A DNA stretch of 64,000 nt, from positions 2,597 through 66,596 of the forward strand of contig JAOTXY010000009.1 in NCBI GenBank assembly GCA_029862125.1, read 5' to 3'. The position numbers were made by a program, and so were the translations under genes. Of this stretch, positions 51,502 to 61,287 are shown piece by piece. How positions within the stretch are numbered: position 1 is the first letter of the stretch; each line of letters opens with the position of its first letter. The notes under the pieces are model-generated. The model worked only from the letters and a program-made list of their open reading frames with translations. It did no database searches and was not told the origin of the DNA. This DNA comes from Gammaproteobacteria bacterium. Lineage in GTDB: Bacteria; Pseudomonadota; Gammaproteobacteria; GCA-001735895.

Positions 51502-52719
51502 TTACTCAAAGCTTTGTGGAAACCTGGCCTGTAGTTCGATCGATTTATCACCGCGTAAAATTTGCAGCGGCAGCCAGGTGCCCGGTGCCTGGCGCTGAAT
51601 AATCTCGATCAGCGCTGAATTTGTCACCGTTTTAAAACCCGCAGCTGATTGAATGACATCGCCTTCAACAATTCCACTTTTGGCGGCAACACTGTCGGCG
51701 ACTACCTGCATAACGCGCACCCCTTCATCGCCGCTTTCAATCATGACACCCAGAAGCGGCCGTGGCGGAGCAGCCGCCCCAATTTCCTCGTCAACCACGA
51801 ACACCGCGGTGGCTAATTCTGCGGGTAGCGGATCACATTGATCGTCCGAATCAATCGGCAACAGCACATCGACATCCCCGATACCCATGTCAGCAAGTTG
51901 GTGCGGAATGCCATAGCCATACTCGAGATGGCCCCGGCCAATTATTCCGACCACGATTGCGGTCGGGTCGCGCCGATGAGCTGCGGCCAGCGCGTCAGCC
52001 ATGGCGCGATCCCAGGTCAGTTGCGCCTCGACAAAATTCGAAAAAGCCTCGCTGCGCAAAACCTCGTCTAGGTCCGGCTCGGCCGATTTATCGTCTTCAG
52101 CCCCGTCACCCATGCTTAGCTTGTAGGCATATAGTTCGGCCAGCGAGTTACGGTAATCATCGCTGGCCGGTGCCGGGTCCGACAGGCCCATGCGCTGTTC
52201 TTCGCTCAGCGCCTGCCAGCCTTTCTCGCCAACCTGCGACACCAGTTCCCGATCGATATTCAAAGCAATAGTCGGCAGTCGATTAAGGCGCGCGAAATGC
52301 AGCAAGGGCAGGTAAAAGCCGGCATCGTAGCCCCAGACCTTTTGCCACTCGGACTGCTCGAGGAATTCCTTTTCGGTCAATTTTCCCATACTCCAGGCAT
52401 CGAGCACCGTTTGCTTGCTGCGTGGCATCATTTCAAGTCCGACCACCATGTTGGTATTGCGCGAATGCAATGCCGACAGCATGTACTGCTGCCATCGATG
52501 ATGCGCCATGCTGGTGTGAGACTCACCCAACAACACAATTCGAGAGCGCTCAAGCCGCTTGAAAACCTGCTCGACTGCCAGGGTTTCGCCGTTGGCGGGA
52601 TCGAGCCAATGCGCGATGCGATGATCGCAGCTGCCAGCGGTCTCACCGGCCTGGGCCGGGTTGAAATGGAACAGCAACAGGCAGGCTAAAACAAGGTAAG
52701 TCCTTGCACTGATAATCAT
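51502..52719 (-). CDS. ChaN/Tiki-like (haem-binding, CofD-fold) lipoprotein fused to a C-terminal PDZ domain
   Basis: Signal peptide MIISARTYLVLACLLLF, ChaN-like motif RIVLLGESHTSMAHH, C-terminal PDZ-like segment GVMIESGDEGVRVMQVVADSVAAKSGIVEGDVIQSAAG. 4-bp gap to the M1 peptidase gene. Confidence 0.6.
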   Translation of the reverse strand: MIISARTYLVLACLLLFHFNPAQAGETAGSCDHRIAHWLDPANGETLAVEQVFKRLERSRIVLLGESHTSMAHHRWQQYMLSALHSRNTNMVVGLEMMPRSKQTVLDAWSMGKLTEKEFLEQSEWQKVWGYDAGFYLPLLHFARLNRLPTIALNIDRELVSQVGEKGWQALSEEQRMGLSDPAPASDDYRNSLAELYAYKLSMGDGAEDDKSAEPDLDEVLRSEAFSNFVEAQLTWDRAMADALAAAHRRDPTAIVVGIIGRGHLEYGYGIPHQLADMGIGDVDVLLPIDSDDQCDPLPAELATAVFVVDEEIGAAAPPRPLLGVMIESGDEGVRVMQVVADSVAAKSGIVEGDVIQSAAGFKTVTNSALIEIIQRQAPGTWLPLQILRGDKSIELQARFPQSFE

Positions 52720-52819
52720 CGAGTTAATACTCCTTGTGTAGCGGCCAGATACGGTGTAGTTGATACGGTTAAACATCAAACCGGGATCAGTGGCCTATCC
52801 TTCGACAAGCAGGCCAGTC

Positions 52820-53533
52820 CTAGGGTTCAACCAGGGCAAGGCTGATGCGCTTGTTCTGCCTGCCCTTGTTCTTGAGACCGGTAACGACGAGCTCGCCAAT
52901 CTCGGCGGTATTACGCACATGGGTGCCGCCACAGGGCTGGTAGTCGGTATTCTCGATCGAAATGGTCCGCACCGTTCCATGCCCACGCGGCGGTTGTACC
53001 GACATGGTCCGTACCAGCTCGGGCTTTTGATCGAGTTCCGCGTCGGTTATCGCGCCAATGGTGACCGGTATCGCCTTGTCGATCAGTGCGTTCAATTTCG
53101 CGGTCAGCTGCTCCTTGTCGACGACCTCCCCTTGCAGATCGAAATCAAGCCTGCTCTCGGTTTCACCGACGGCACCACCGGTAGCCTGGGCGCTAATCAG
53201 CGAACACACCAGGTGCATGCTGGTATGCATGCGCATCAGGCGATGCCGCCGCTGCCAGTCAATTTCCATATCGACCTTATCATTGACTTGTATCGCGCTT
53301 AAGTCGTCGTCTTCGAGAATATGGACAATATTATGGCGATCGTCGGCATAGCGGGTATCGACAACCCGATAATCGCGTGCGTTAATCGTCAGGCGACCGC
53401 TGTCACCAGGCTGGCCACCGCCAAGCGGATAAAAAATCGTCGCAGCGAGTATTACGCCGTTGTCGAGAACCTCTACTACCTCGCTACCGAGTGTCTTCTG
53501 ATAGCTGTCTTGATAAAATACTTTTTCGGTCAT
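52820..53533 (-). CDS. alanyl-tRNA editing protein AlaX-M-like (free-standing AlaRS/ThrRS second additional domain)
   Basis: 237 aa. Zinc-binding HxxxH...CGGTH pattern (HTSMHLV ... QPCGGTHV) typical of trans-editing AlaX proteins. Confidence 0.8.
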   Translation of the reverse strand: MTEKVFYQDSYQKTLGSEVVEVLDNGVILAATIFYPLGGGQPGDSGRLTINARDYRVVDTRYADDRHNIVHILEDDDLSAIQVNDKVDMEIDWQRRHRLMRMHTSMHLVCSLISAQATGGAVGETESRLDFDLQGEVVDKEQLTAKLNALIDKAIPVTIGAITDAELDQKPELVRTMSVQPPRGHGTVRTISIENTDYQPCGGTHVRNTAEIGELVVTGLKNKGRQNKRISLALVEP

Positions 53534-53599
53534 CGTTGAGCCCTGCCGGTTATGCGATGATTTTTACCCACCCGGAACTGCGAAGCAAGTCAATAGCCC

Positions 53600-54676
53600 G
53601 TGAATTCTATTCCGCAAACCAGTCGTAAAATCATCCATATCGATGCGGACTGCTTTTATGCCGCGGTCGAAATACGCGACAATCCGGCGCTCAAGGGCAA
53701 ACCGATTGCGGTTGGTGGCAGCGCGACACGACGTGGCGTTATTGCGACCGCAAGCTACGAGGCGCGCAAGTTCGGGATACATTCAGCCATGGCGAGTGCG
53801 ACCGCGATCAAACGCTGCCCGCAACTGATCCTGATTCCCGGACGCATGTCAGTGTATCGCGAAGCTTCCCGCCAGATGCACGAAATTTTTGCCGAGTATA
53901 CCGATCTGATCGAGCCATTATCTCTCGATGAAGCATTTCTCGACGTCTCTGATTGTCCGCGTTGCCGCGGCAGCGCTACCCTGATCGCGCAGGAAATTCG
54001 TGGACGTATCGCGGCAGTCATCGGTATTACTGTCTCGGCCGGTATCGCATCCAACAAGTTTATCGCCAAGGTCGCGAGCGACCTGAACAAGCCTAACGGT
54101 CAGTACGTGGTCACCCCGGACCAGGTCGACGAATTTCTTTACCAGCTGCCCGTCAGTCGAATCTGGGGTGTCGGCAAGGTTACCGCGCAGCGACTCGAAC
54201 AAAAGGGGATTAAAACCTGCGGCGACGTGCGCGCATACGATGTCTTCCAGTTTGTGCAGGAGTTCGGACAGTTCGGCGAACATATCCATAAGCTCGCACA
54301 TGGAATCGACACACGTCCGGTGGTTTCAGAATGGAGACGAAAATCGGTCAGTGTCGAACACACCTATGACGAAGACCTGCCCGATCTTGAAAGCTGCCAG
54401 AACAGGATACCCGCCCTGATCGAATCACTGCAGCCACGGCTGGAGCGCCTCGACGAAGATTACCGCATTCAGAATTGTTTCCTCAAGATGAAATTTTTCG
54501 ACTTCAATCAAACCACGGTAGAACGGCAACTGACCGGGCCTAACTACACCGACTACGCGATGCTATGCGAAGAAGCCTGGCTGCGTGGCAAAGCCCCGGT
54601 TCGCCTGCTGGGTATTGGGGTGCGCCTGCTCGACCTGACCGACAGCAGCGGTCAGATGGACCTGTTTGAAGATTGA
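53600..54676 (+). CDS. dinB: DNA polymerase IV
   Basis: RKIIHIDADCFYAAVEIRDNPALKGKPIAVGG near-identical to the E. coli DinB N-terminus; full Y-family architecture. GTG start. Confidence 0.9.
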   Translation: MNSIPQTSRKIIHIDADCFYAAVEIRDNPALKGKPIAVGGSATRRGVIATASYEARKFGIHSAMASATAIKRCPQLILIPGRMSVYREASRQMHEIFAEYTDLIEPLSLDEAFLDVSDCPRCRGSATLIAQEIRGRIAAVIGITVSAGIASNKFIAKVASDLNKPNGQYVVTPDQVDEFLYQLPVSRIWGVGKVTAQRLEQKGIKTCGDVRAYDVFQFVQEFGQFGEHIHKLAHGIDTRPVVSEWRRKSVSVEHTYDEDLPDLESCQNRIPALIESLQPRLERLDEDYRIQNCFLKMKFFDFNQTTVERQLTGPNYTDYAMLCEEAWLRGKAPVRLLGIGVRLLDLTDSSGQMDLFED

Positions 54677-54787
54677 GAACAAAAACAAAATATTTACTCT
54701 TGTTTTTATTTATCAAATAGTTATGATCGCATTCAAATGTAAGTTAAGAATAAACGCTGCTAACTTATTGAGCATAGGTCAGGACAG

Positions 54788-54976
54788 ATGAGCAAAAAAA
54801 CACGGGCACCCCAATTCGAATCACTGATTTCGTCACCCTGGGCCAGGTCCCCAGACAACTCCTATTACGGCGATCCCCGATACGTGAACAAGGAACAGCA
54901 TGGGTTAGAGGACATCGAACGCGACAAAACCGACGAAGACGGCGTCGAGCAAGTTGTGATTCTCGGATACAACTAA
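54788..54976 (+). CDS. small hydrophilic hypothetical protein (62 aa)
   Basis: Only a weak SD-like AGGACAG upstream, in a 480-bp AT-rich intergenic region; highly charged sequence; no family recognised. Confidence 0.25.
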   Translation: MSKKTRAPQFESLISSPWARSPDNSYYGDPRYVNKEQHGLEDIERDKTDEDGVEQVVILGYN

Positions 54977-55157
54977 CCGCAAAGCCGCATTAAATCGGCC
55001 AAATCACCCTCCTCAGTTACTAAAGCAGAGCTTGCTGGCCCGTTTCCTTTTCAGACTCATCCCGATTTGACAAATGTCAGCACGGCGGACAAAGAGTTGC
55101 AATATAATCCAGTCGTATTTTTAGCATTTTGCTATCAATCCAGGATAGGGGGAACAA

Positions 55158-56150
55158 ATGAAACCATTTAAAACAAATGCTCTGGCATCGATAAAATCAG
55201 CAGGCATCGGATCAGCTTGTCTCGCACTGTTCGGGGCGGGTCTTCTGGGTATTAGCCAGCCGGCACAATCCGATCTCCTGCTTTCCGGCCATGTTGCCTA
55301 CAATGCCGTCGATCGAGATTCAGAAGACGACATCGTGTTTCAGCGCAATGGATTTACCGAGAGCCGCTTTAGCCTGGTCTATGTAAAAGAACTTGAAGGT
55401 GGCAGGGCTATCGAAGTGGTAGAGGAAATCGGAATTGGCGAAGCTGAAGGCGCACTCGACTCCCGACGCCAGGAAGTCATCTACAAAGGTGATTTTGGCG
55501 GTTTCCGTTTCGGTCAGGGTAACGACGCGGGAGACGGCAATCTGAACGGTGATCTGTCGGGTACCACCGTGATCCAGCCGATGGCGTCAAATGCTGCTGC
55601 CCTGGACTACGACAGCGACAATTACAACGGCTTCGATCCAGGTCGGGGCGAGCGAATTCGCTATGATTCACCCAGGCTCGGCGATGGCGCGATCGTTTCT
55701 GCCCAACTTGGCGAAGATGATGAGATCGAAATAGGCCTGCGTTACAACACCGTAATTAAAGATGGCAAATTTCGTGTCGGTGCATTCATGACCAACACTA
55801 ACTCGGACATAGACGAGGATTCTTTCGGTATACTGGTCGCCTATGCGCTGGAAAACGGCTGGAACTTCGCCGTTTCTACATCGAGCAAGGATAACTCGGC
55901 AACCAATGGAGACGATGGTGATTTCGCCGCATTCAAGGTCGGCTATAAAACCGGTATGCATGCGGTTAGCTTCCTCTCGGGAACCTCTGAAAATCCCGGT
56001 AACCCGGTTGAAACAGACGCTGTCGGCATCGCCTATGTCTACCTGTGGGACACAGGCATAGAACTTTACGCGGCAGTGCATGAATTCGATTCCGACGACA
56101 ATGATGTCGATGAAGACTTCGTAGTATTCGGTACACGGGTGAAGTTCTGA
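55158..56150 (+). CDS. outer-membrane porin-like beta-barrel protein
   Basis: 330 aa. Signal peptide (GSACLALFGAGLLGISQPAQS), Gly/Asp-rich alternating pattern, C-terminal ...FGTRVKF ending in Phe. Confidence 0.6.
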   Translation: MKPFKTNALASIKSAGIGSACLALFGAGLLGISQPAQSDLLLSGHVAYNAVDRDSEDDIVFQRNGFTESRFSLVYVKELEGGRAIEVVEEIGIGEAEGALDSRRQEVIYKGDFGGFRFGQGNDAGDGNLNGDLSGTTVIQPMASNAAALDYDSDNYNGFDPGRGERIRYDSPRLGDGAIVSAQLGEDDEIEIGLRYNTVIKDGKFRVGAFMTNTNSDIDEDSFGILVAYALENGWNFAVSTSSKDNSATNGDDGDFAAFKVGYKTGMHAVSFLSGTSENPGNPVETDAVGIAYVYLWDTGIELYAAVHEFDSDDNDVDEDFVVFGTRVKF

Positions 56151-56258
56151 CACTAGTCCTTTTGGATATCCAGGGCTCAAAGCGAGCACCTCGCCTGAGT
56201 CGTGGCGTGTAATTTTTATGTTACTCTTGCGCGCTTCCCTGACGGTTTGTTATCACCA

Positions 56259-56609
56259 ATGAAAAATACGGCAACGTCAATAATCCTGTTGATTAGCTTA
56301 CTCGGTATCGTGTCCTGCGCTACCACATCAGCGCAGGATGAAGACTTCGCAATTTATGGTGAGGAGCCCGAAGGACCAGGTGTGTTCAGTGGCGAAAGCG
56401 GTGAAATTGTCTTGTCGCCAGGCGAAACGACTGAACAGAATGCAAAAGAAGGGGCGGCAACATCGTCCAGTATTTCGGCAAGCGAGGCGGAAGAATTTAA
56501 CGCATTCAAACGTTGGCTTAAATCGAAGCAGGCACAGGACGAGAGCTACCAGGAATTTCAGCACTGGTTGAAGTACGAAGAATACCGGCGCTTGCAGGAT
56601 CCCCTTTGA
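56259..56609 (+). CDS. hypothetical lipoprotein
   Basis: Start chosen at MKNTATSIILLISLLGIVSC (lipobox-like LGIVSC). Acidic mature region, C-terminal W/Y-rich helix. Confidence 0.4.
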   Translation: MKNTATSIILLISLLGIVSCATTSAQDEDFAIYGEEPEGPGVFSGESGEIVLSPGETTEQNAKEGAATSSSISASEAEEFNAFKRWLKSKQAQDESYQEFQHWLKYEEYRRLQDPL

Positions 56610-56668
56610 CGCCGAACTAGCCTGGCATCACCACATACTGTCTTTCTGGAAACGGAAATTCGAGCCCT

Positions 56669-57385
56669 ATGACAAACGAAATCCTGTTGGTACTGTTAGC
56701 ATTCGGCACCTCGACGCTGACCGCAATCACCGGTATTGGCGGTGGCATGATGCTGATTGCAATCATGCCGGGTTTTTTGCCAGCAGCGGCTATCGTGCCT
56801 GTTCACGGGATCGTACAGCTGTTTTCCAATTCGAGTCGTGCTTTTTTCGGCTTGCGATTTCTGCAATGGGAATTCGTACTCGCATTTATCTCGGGCTCGA
56901 TCATAGGCGGCCTCATCGCTGCGGGAATCACGCAGGAAATCAATCTTGAATATACACCATTAATTATTGCAGCCTACATCCTGTTCACAGTCTGGGGACC
57001 CAAACTGGAGTTTAAAAAACCGGTAAAGGGTGAATTTTTGCTCATCGGCGCAGTACAGACCGGATTGAGCATGATGGTTGGGGCAACCGGCCCATTGGGC
57101 CAGGCCGCATTATTGCGCCGGGGCCTGCAACGCGATGCACTGGTTGTTACCGCTGCATTGATGATGACTTTCACCCACCTGATAAAAATCATGCTGTTCG
57201 CCCTGCTGGGTTTTTCCTTTATCAGCTACTGGCAAATTATTATCGGCATGTCAGTTGCCGTAGTCGCCGGCGCCCTGCTCGGCACCCATATCCGCTATAA
57301 AATTCCAGAAGACGTGTTTCGCAAGGCACTTAAGTGGGCGCTGACGCTGTTGGCACTGCGCATGATCTATATCACGCTAGCCTGA
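56669..57385 (+). CDS. TSUP (TauE/SafE) family anion exporter
   Basis: 238 aa with about 7-8 TM helices and duplicated motifs (ITGIGGGMMLIAIMPGFL). Confidence 0.75.
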   Translation: MTNEILLVLLAFGTSTLTAITGIGGGMMLIAIMPGFLPAAAIVPVHGIVQLFSNSSRAFFGLRFLQWEFVLAFISGSIIGGLIAAGITQEINLEYTPLIIAAYILFTVWGPKLEFKKPVKGEFLLIGAVQTGLSMMVGATGPLGQAALLRRGLQRDALVVTAALMMTFTHLIKIMLFALLGFSFISYWQIIIGMSVAVVAGALLGTHIRYKIPEDVFRKALKWALTLLALRMIYITLA

Positions 57386-57559
57386 TATCTATCAGCGGAA
57401 CACGCGAAGCTCCTGCAGATTCCAAATAAAAGCGGACACTCGGTTATTAAGCTTCAGAGTCCGCTGACAATCCAAAACGGACATCGAATATATCCAGGCA
57501 GTTTGTGTCTGGCGTAAATATCCGGTACATAGGTGCGGGGTCGTTTTTGCTAAATCCAC

Positions 57560-58933
57560 TTATCGAATTACGATAAACAACGAACCACCGTTACGATCGA
57601 CTCGAAGCAGGACTGATGTCGTGCTCAGCTTCAATGCAGCTTTTAGCGATTTGATGTCGTATACCTTTCGTTTGTTGGCACCTACTATCACATCACCCTC
57701 ACGTAATCCGCTGTAGGCGGCAGCCGAATTGGGGGCTACCGCAACGACCAGCACCCCTTTGCCATCAGGATTGTTCTCGACGCGCAGCCCTTGTAGAAGC
57801 GGGATTAACTTTTCGACTTGCGCCTGTCGGGATTTAACCTCGCCGACCTTGACTGTCAGCTGCAATGAGTCGCCGTTTCGTAGTATTGTAAGTTGTACTT
57901 TGTCGCCAACTTCCTTGACACCGATTCTACTGCGCAGCTGGGCAGTCGATATGGTCGTTTTACCATCAGCCTCGATGATGATATCACCCAATTTGATTCC
58001 AGCACGGGCAGCAGGAGAGCCTTCAACGACATTGGTCACCAATACCCCGAACTGTCCTTTAGCCAGATCAAAGGCATCCCGAAGCTCGGGGGTTATGTCC
58101 TGGATTCCAACACCAATTTGCCCACGCCTGACTTCGCCATGCTCGATTATCTGTCGCATGCTTACCTTTGCCATGTTTATTGGAATCGCAAACCCAATAC
58201 CAATATTACCCCCCGCAGGCGAGATAATTGCGGTATTGATGCCCACCAGCTCACCCTTTAGATTGACGAGTGCACCCCCAGAGTTACCTGGGTTGATCGA
58301 TGCATCGGTTTGAATAAAATTTTCATATCCCTCGATGCCAAGACCGCTACGCCCGAGTGCACTAACAATGCCGGTGGTTACGGTCTGCCCCAATCCGAAT
58401 GGATTACCGATAGCGACGACGAAATCGCCGACTTCCAGCAGGCTCGAATCAGCAATCCTGGTCTCGGTTAAATCATCGGCATCAATTTCGAGTATCGCGA
58501 TGTCAAGTTCGGGGTCGGTTCCGACTATCTTGGCCTCATAATTCCGGCCGTCGACCAAAGATACGTGCACTTCATCAGCGTTCCTGACAACGTGATAATT
58601 GGTCATCACGATTCCATCACCCGCACTGACAATAACCCCGGAACCAGCACTCTGCTGGCGCTTGCGTGGCACTTGCTGCTCCGGTTGCGATTGATCTGGA
58701 ATATCAAAAAATTTGCGAAAAAAAGGATCATTCAATAATGGGTTGTAGCTGGACTCGCGTGTTGAGTAAGTCGAAATATTAACCACAGCAGGATTGACCT
58801 GCTTGAGCATCGGCGCTAACGAGGGGAAAGGCCTGCCCTGAGCGTCCGTGCCTGGAAGAACAGCCTGTGCCATCTGACAGGTCAGCATGAGCAGTAAAAA
58901 TAAAAATAACGGATGAGTTTGAATTTTTATCAT
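57560..58933 (-). CDS. periplasmic serine endoprotease DegP/DegQ/MucD family (trypsin domain + two PDZ domains)
   Basis: 457 aa. Signal peptide, catalytic triad regions (NYHVV..., DIAILEI, GNSGGALV), two C-terminal PDZ domains. Confidence 0.85.
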   Translation of the reverse strand: MIKIQTHPLFLFLLLMLTCQMAQAVLPGTDAQGRPFPSLAPMLKQVNPAVVNISTYSTRESSYNPLLNDPFFRKFFDIPDQSQPEQQVPRKRQQSAGSGVIVSAGDGIVMTNYHVVRNADEVHVSLVDGRNYEAKIVGTDPELDIAILEIDADDLTETRIADSSLLEVGDFVVAIGNPFGLGQTVTTGIVSALGRSGLGIEGYENFIQTDASINPGNSGGALVNLKGELVGINTAIISPAGGNIGIGFAIPINMAKVSMRQIIEHGEVRRGQIGVGIQDITPELRDAFDLAKGQFGVLVTNVVEGSPAARAGIKLGDIIIEADGKTTISTAQLRSRIGVKEVGDKVQLTILRNGDSLQLTVKVGEVKSRQAQVEKLIPLLQGLRVENNPDGKGVLVVAVAPNSAAAYSGLREGDVIVGANKRKVYDIKSLKAALKLSTTSVLLRVDRNGGSLFIVIR

Positions 58934-59006
58934 TACAATCTCCTATATTTTCAGCAACACCCAAGGGCTGACCAATACAAGGCCAGCCCTGTTCTTCAAT
59001 TATGAT

Positions 59007-59585
59007 CTACGAATTAATTGATATACGTTTTACCTCCTGATTCACGGTTTCACGACGGGGAATTTCAAGTCTCAATACGCCCTTATCAAGGTTAGCCTTG
59101 ATTTCATCAGCTATGGCGTCATCCGGCAGTGCCAGGGTCCGTTGAAATGATCCATAGCTGCGTTCGACACGATAATAATGCTTATCTTTATCTTCACTGC
59201 GCTCCTCCTTCTCCCCCTTAATGAGCAAAACATCATCCTTTAGCTCGAGCGACAGATCGGATTCAGTCAGGCCTGGTACATCGAGGCTGATCTCGTAACA
59301 GTTCGCATCACCCGATACATCAATTTGCGGTCGATAAAAATTTGACAGTCGTGCACCAGGTAAACCCATGGATTCCAGATTTGAAGCCAGCGATGGCATA
59401 CCGAACGACTTGAATGCATCGTCAAACCAGCGATCCATATTACGGTGCAGGCTCATCAGGGAACCTGGGCCCGCCTGTGGCAAGTTTTCAACTTCGCTGC
59501 GGCTAACCGGAATTTGGTTTCCCTTGCCAGCACCATTTTCCTCGTGTTTGAACCAGTTCCAGGGTTTAAGGTTTTCTAAGTTCAT
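59007..59585 (-). CDS. Hsp20/alpha-crystallin family small heat-shock protein
   Basis: 192 aa. Alpha-crystallin domain (DVSGDANCYEISLDVPGLTESDLSLELKDDVLLIKGEK...) and C-terminal I-x-I-like motif. Confidence 0.85.
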   Translation of the reverse strand: MNLENLKPWNWFKHEENGAGKGNQIPVSRSEVENLPQAGPGSLMSLHRNMDRWFDDAFKSFGMPSLASNLESMGLPGARLSNFYRPQIDVSGDANCYEISLDVPGLTESDLSLELKDDVLLIKGEKEERSEDKDKHYYRVERSYGSFQRTLALPDDAIADEIKANLDKGVLRLEIPRRETVNQEVKRISINS

Positions 59586-59652
59586 GTCAGTCTCCTGAAT
59601 AATTGCATATAAATTGGTGCCGCCTCGATAGAACGGCGTTTATCCTCATTTT

Positions 59653-59680
59653 ATTTAAGGTTAAGTAGGCAACTTTCAAG
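59653..59680 (-). promoter_or_regulatory. candidate sigma-32 (RpoH) heat-shock promoter for the hsp20 gene
   Basis: Minus strand reads CTTGAAA-(13 nt)-CCTTAAAT: perfect sigma-32 -35 consensus, partial -10 (CCCCATNT-like), about 65 nt upstream of the hsp20 ATG. Confidence 0.35.
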
Positions 59681-59776
59681 ACAGGGAAATTGACCCAGGT
59701 CAAATTCAAACCATATATCGATCAGTTCCCAAAAGTGGCCGCGTCATACGAGTAAAAATAGCTATTATCTTAATAG

Positions 59777-60304
59777 CTACTTGACGGCGATACAGGTGCA
59801 GGGTGCACGGTTTGCTACCTTGTGCGATACACTGCCAAGGAACAGACCTTTTAAATCGTTTAATCCACGTGAACCCATAATCACGCAGTCAATTTTTTCC
59901 TCATCGATACATTTCAGAATTCTATCGGCGGGATCACCAACTTCGAGACGGGCATCGACATTTTCAATGCCATTTCCCTCTGCAAGGCCTTTTGCTCCGT
60001 CAATGACATGGCGGCCTACCTCGATCAGTAACCGCGGTGATATCCCTGAATCCTGGAAGGCGGAATCCGTAGCCACGGTGATTCTATAGTCCATCGATCT
60101 CAAGCGTTCTATTTCGGTATTGACATGCGGTGCCAGTCCCTCAATTTCAGCAAACTGCTGCAGAGCGTCGATATTTTCAGAACGATGAGGTACGTGCAAT
60201 AGGACAAGCTCCGCATCGTATTTTTTAGCCATATCAATTGCCAGATCGAGTGCTTTGTGTGCATGATCTGAACCGTCGGTGGGACATAGTATCTTGTTAA
60301 ACAT
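59777..60304 (-). CDS. universal stress protein (UspA family)
   Basis: 175 aa. MFNKILCPTDGSDHAHKALDLAIDMAKKYDAELVLLHV ... C-terminal ATP-binding-type motif GSRGLNDLKGLFLGSVSHKV. Confidence 0.8.
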   Translation of the reverse strand: MFNKILCPTDGSDHAHKALDLAIDMAKKYDAELVLLHVPHRSENIDALQQFAEIEGLAPHVNTEIERLRSMDYRITVATDSAFQDSGISPRLLIEVGRHVIDGAKGLAEGNGIENVDARLEVGDPADRILKCIDEEKIDCVIMGSRGLNDLKGLFLGSVSHKVANRAPCTCIAVK

Positions 60305-60405
60305 GATAGGCCTCCGTAATATTCACCAAACCAAAAAAGTCACTTTACCCTGATAGCAATTTGGCATATTGACGCAGCTCAACGAGGATAAATTTATAAG
60401 CAAAT

Positions 60406-60495
60406 GTCCGCTTCTGGCTGAAGATTGCCGCTTGGCGATTACCTACAAGCGTCCGTTCTTGAGAGATGGCAGGCGTAGCGAGTGGTTTGATATTA
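60406..60495. repeat. cassette-associated ~90-bp repeat, copy A
   Basis: gtccgcttctggctgaag...gcgtccgtt...ggcaggcgtagcgagtgg aligns with copies B-D. Its right end overlaps the stop of the DUF4177-like ORF. A GTTGAGC (GTTRRRY) box lies at 60377-60383 on the minus strand. Confidence 0.55.
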
Positions 60496-60684
60496 GTCTA
60501 GTGGCCGAGTTATCTCCTCTGTTTCATCAATCTCTTTTGCGATGACGCTAGTATGGACATGCATACCATCGAATGCATCCGTGCGTCCGGCGCGAGACCA
60601 TCCATTTGATTCATAATAATTGATTTGCTCCTCAAGTTTGGTGATAGATAGGCACCGCAGTACTTTATATTCTATCCTGCTCAT
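60493..60684 (-). CDS. DUF4177-like small protein (63 aa), candidate cassette ORF
   Basis: IEYKVLRCL...LEEQINYYESNGWS resembles the DUF4177 pattern (EYK ... LNxxGxxGWEL). The C-terminal codons lie inside repeat copy A. Confidence 0.4.
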   Translation of the reverse strand: MSRIEYKVLRCLSITKLEEQINYYESNGWSRAGRTDAFDGMHVHTSVIAKEIDETEEITRPLD

Positions 60685-60919
60685 CTGTATCTTGGGTGAT
60701 TATTGATTTTGAAAACCTACCATCTTTGTCGGGTATGGACCTGATTGCGGCTCTTTGGTCACGAAAACATGATATTTTGTTCAGCTTAGAATTGTTGTGA
60801 ACAAGATCAAGCCCAGAGTCACCTATGACAAGTACCTTGTGAATATCTATGACCAGTAATCTAGGAGACTTTCGTAAGCCTCCCCATTATGGCAACAGTT
60901 CAAAACTAAAATTTTAGGC

Positions 60920-60990
60920 GTCTGCTTCTGGCCGTTCTCGGAAGCCTGAATAGCATTTTTCAGCGTCTCCTTTGGAGAAAACAGACGCTC
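60920..60990. repeat. cassette-associated repeat, copy B
   Basis: gtctgcttctggccg...gcctgaat...cagcgtctcctttggagaaaacagacgc aligns with copies C and D. Preceded by TTAGGC (60915-60920). A CGCTAAC box lies at 61150-61156. Confidence 0.55.
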
Positions 60991-61064
60991 AAACCCAAGT
61001 AATCAGCGGCGATTTACGACCCAATATAGATACTCAATCCCGTTCTCGTGGATACTGGTAATAG

Positions 61065-61082
61065 CTGACAGGTAGCTGTCAG
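61065..61082. repeat. perfect 7-bp stem hairpin (CTGACAG-gtag-CTGTCAG) inside the cassette-array spacer
   Basis: Read directly from the sequence. Followed at 61142-61180 by a direct repeat of aactcattcg flanking the CGCTAAC box. Confidence 0.4.
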
Positions 61083-61287
61083 TGCGCGTGAAACATCCAT
61101 TTGCTAGTTACAAATAGAACAGCCCCTACACTTGCAGCGGAAACTCATTCGCTAACATACTTGATGCGAACAACTCATTCGTTTCCTTTTAAATGAAAAT
61201 TTTACTCTTCGCTGTCTTTGTTGAAGTCTTAATTTCGCAAAAACTTATCTATACTTAATTCCTTAAGAGCGAGACCTTGAAATTCGT

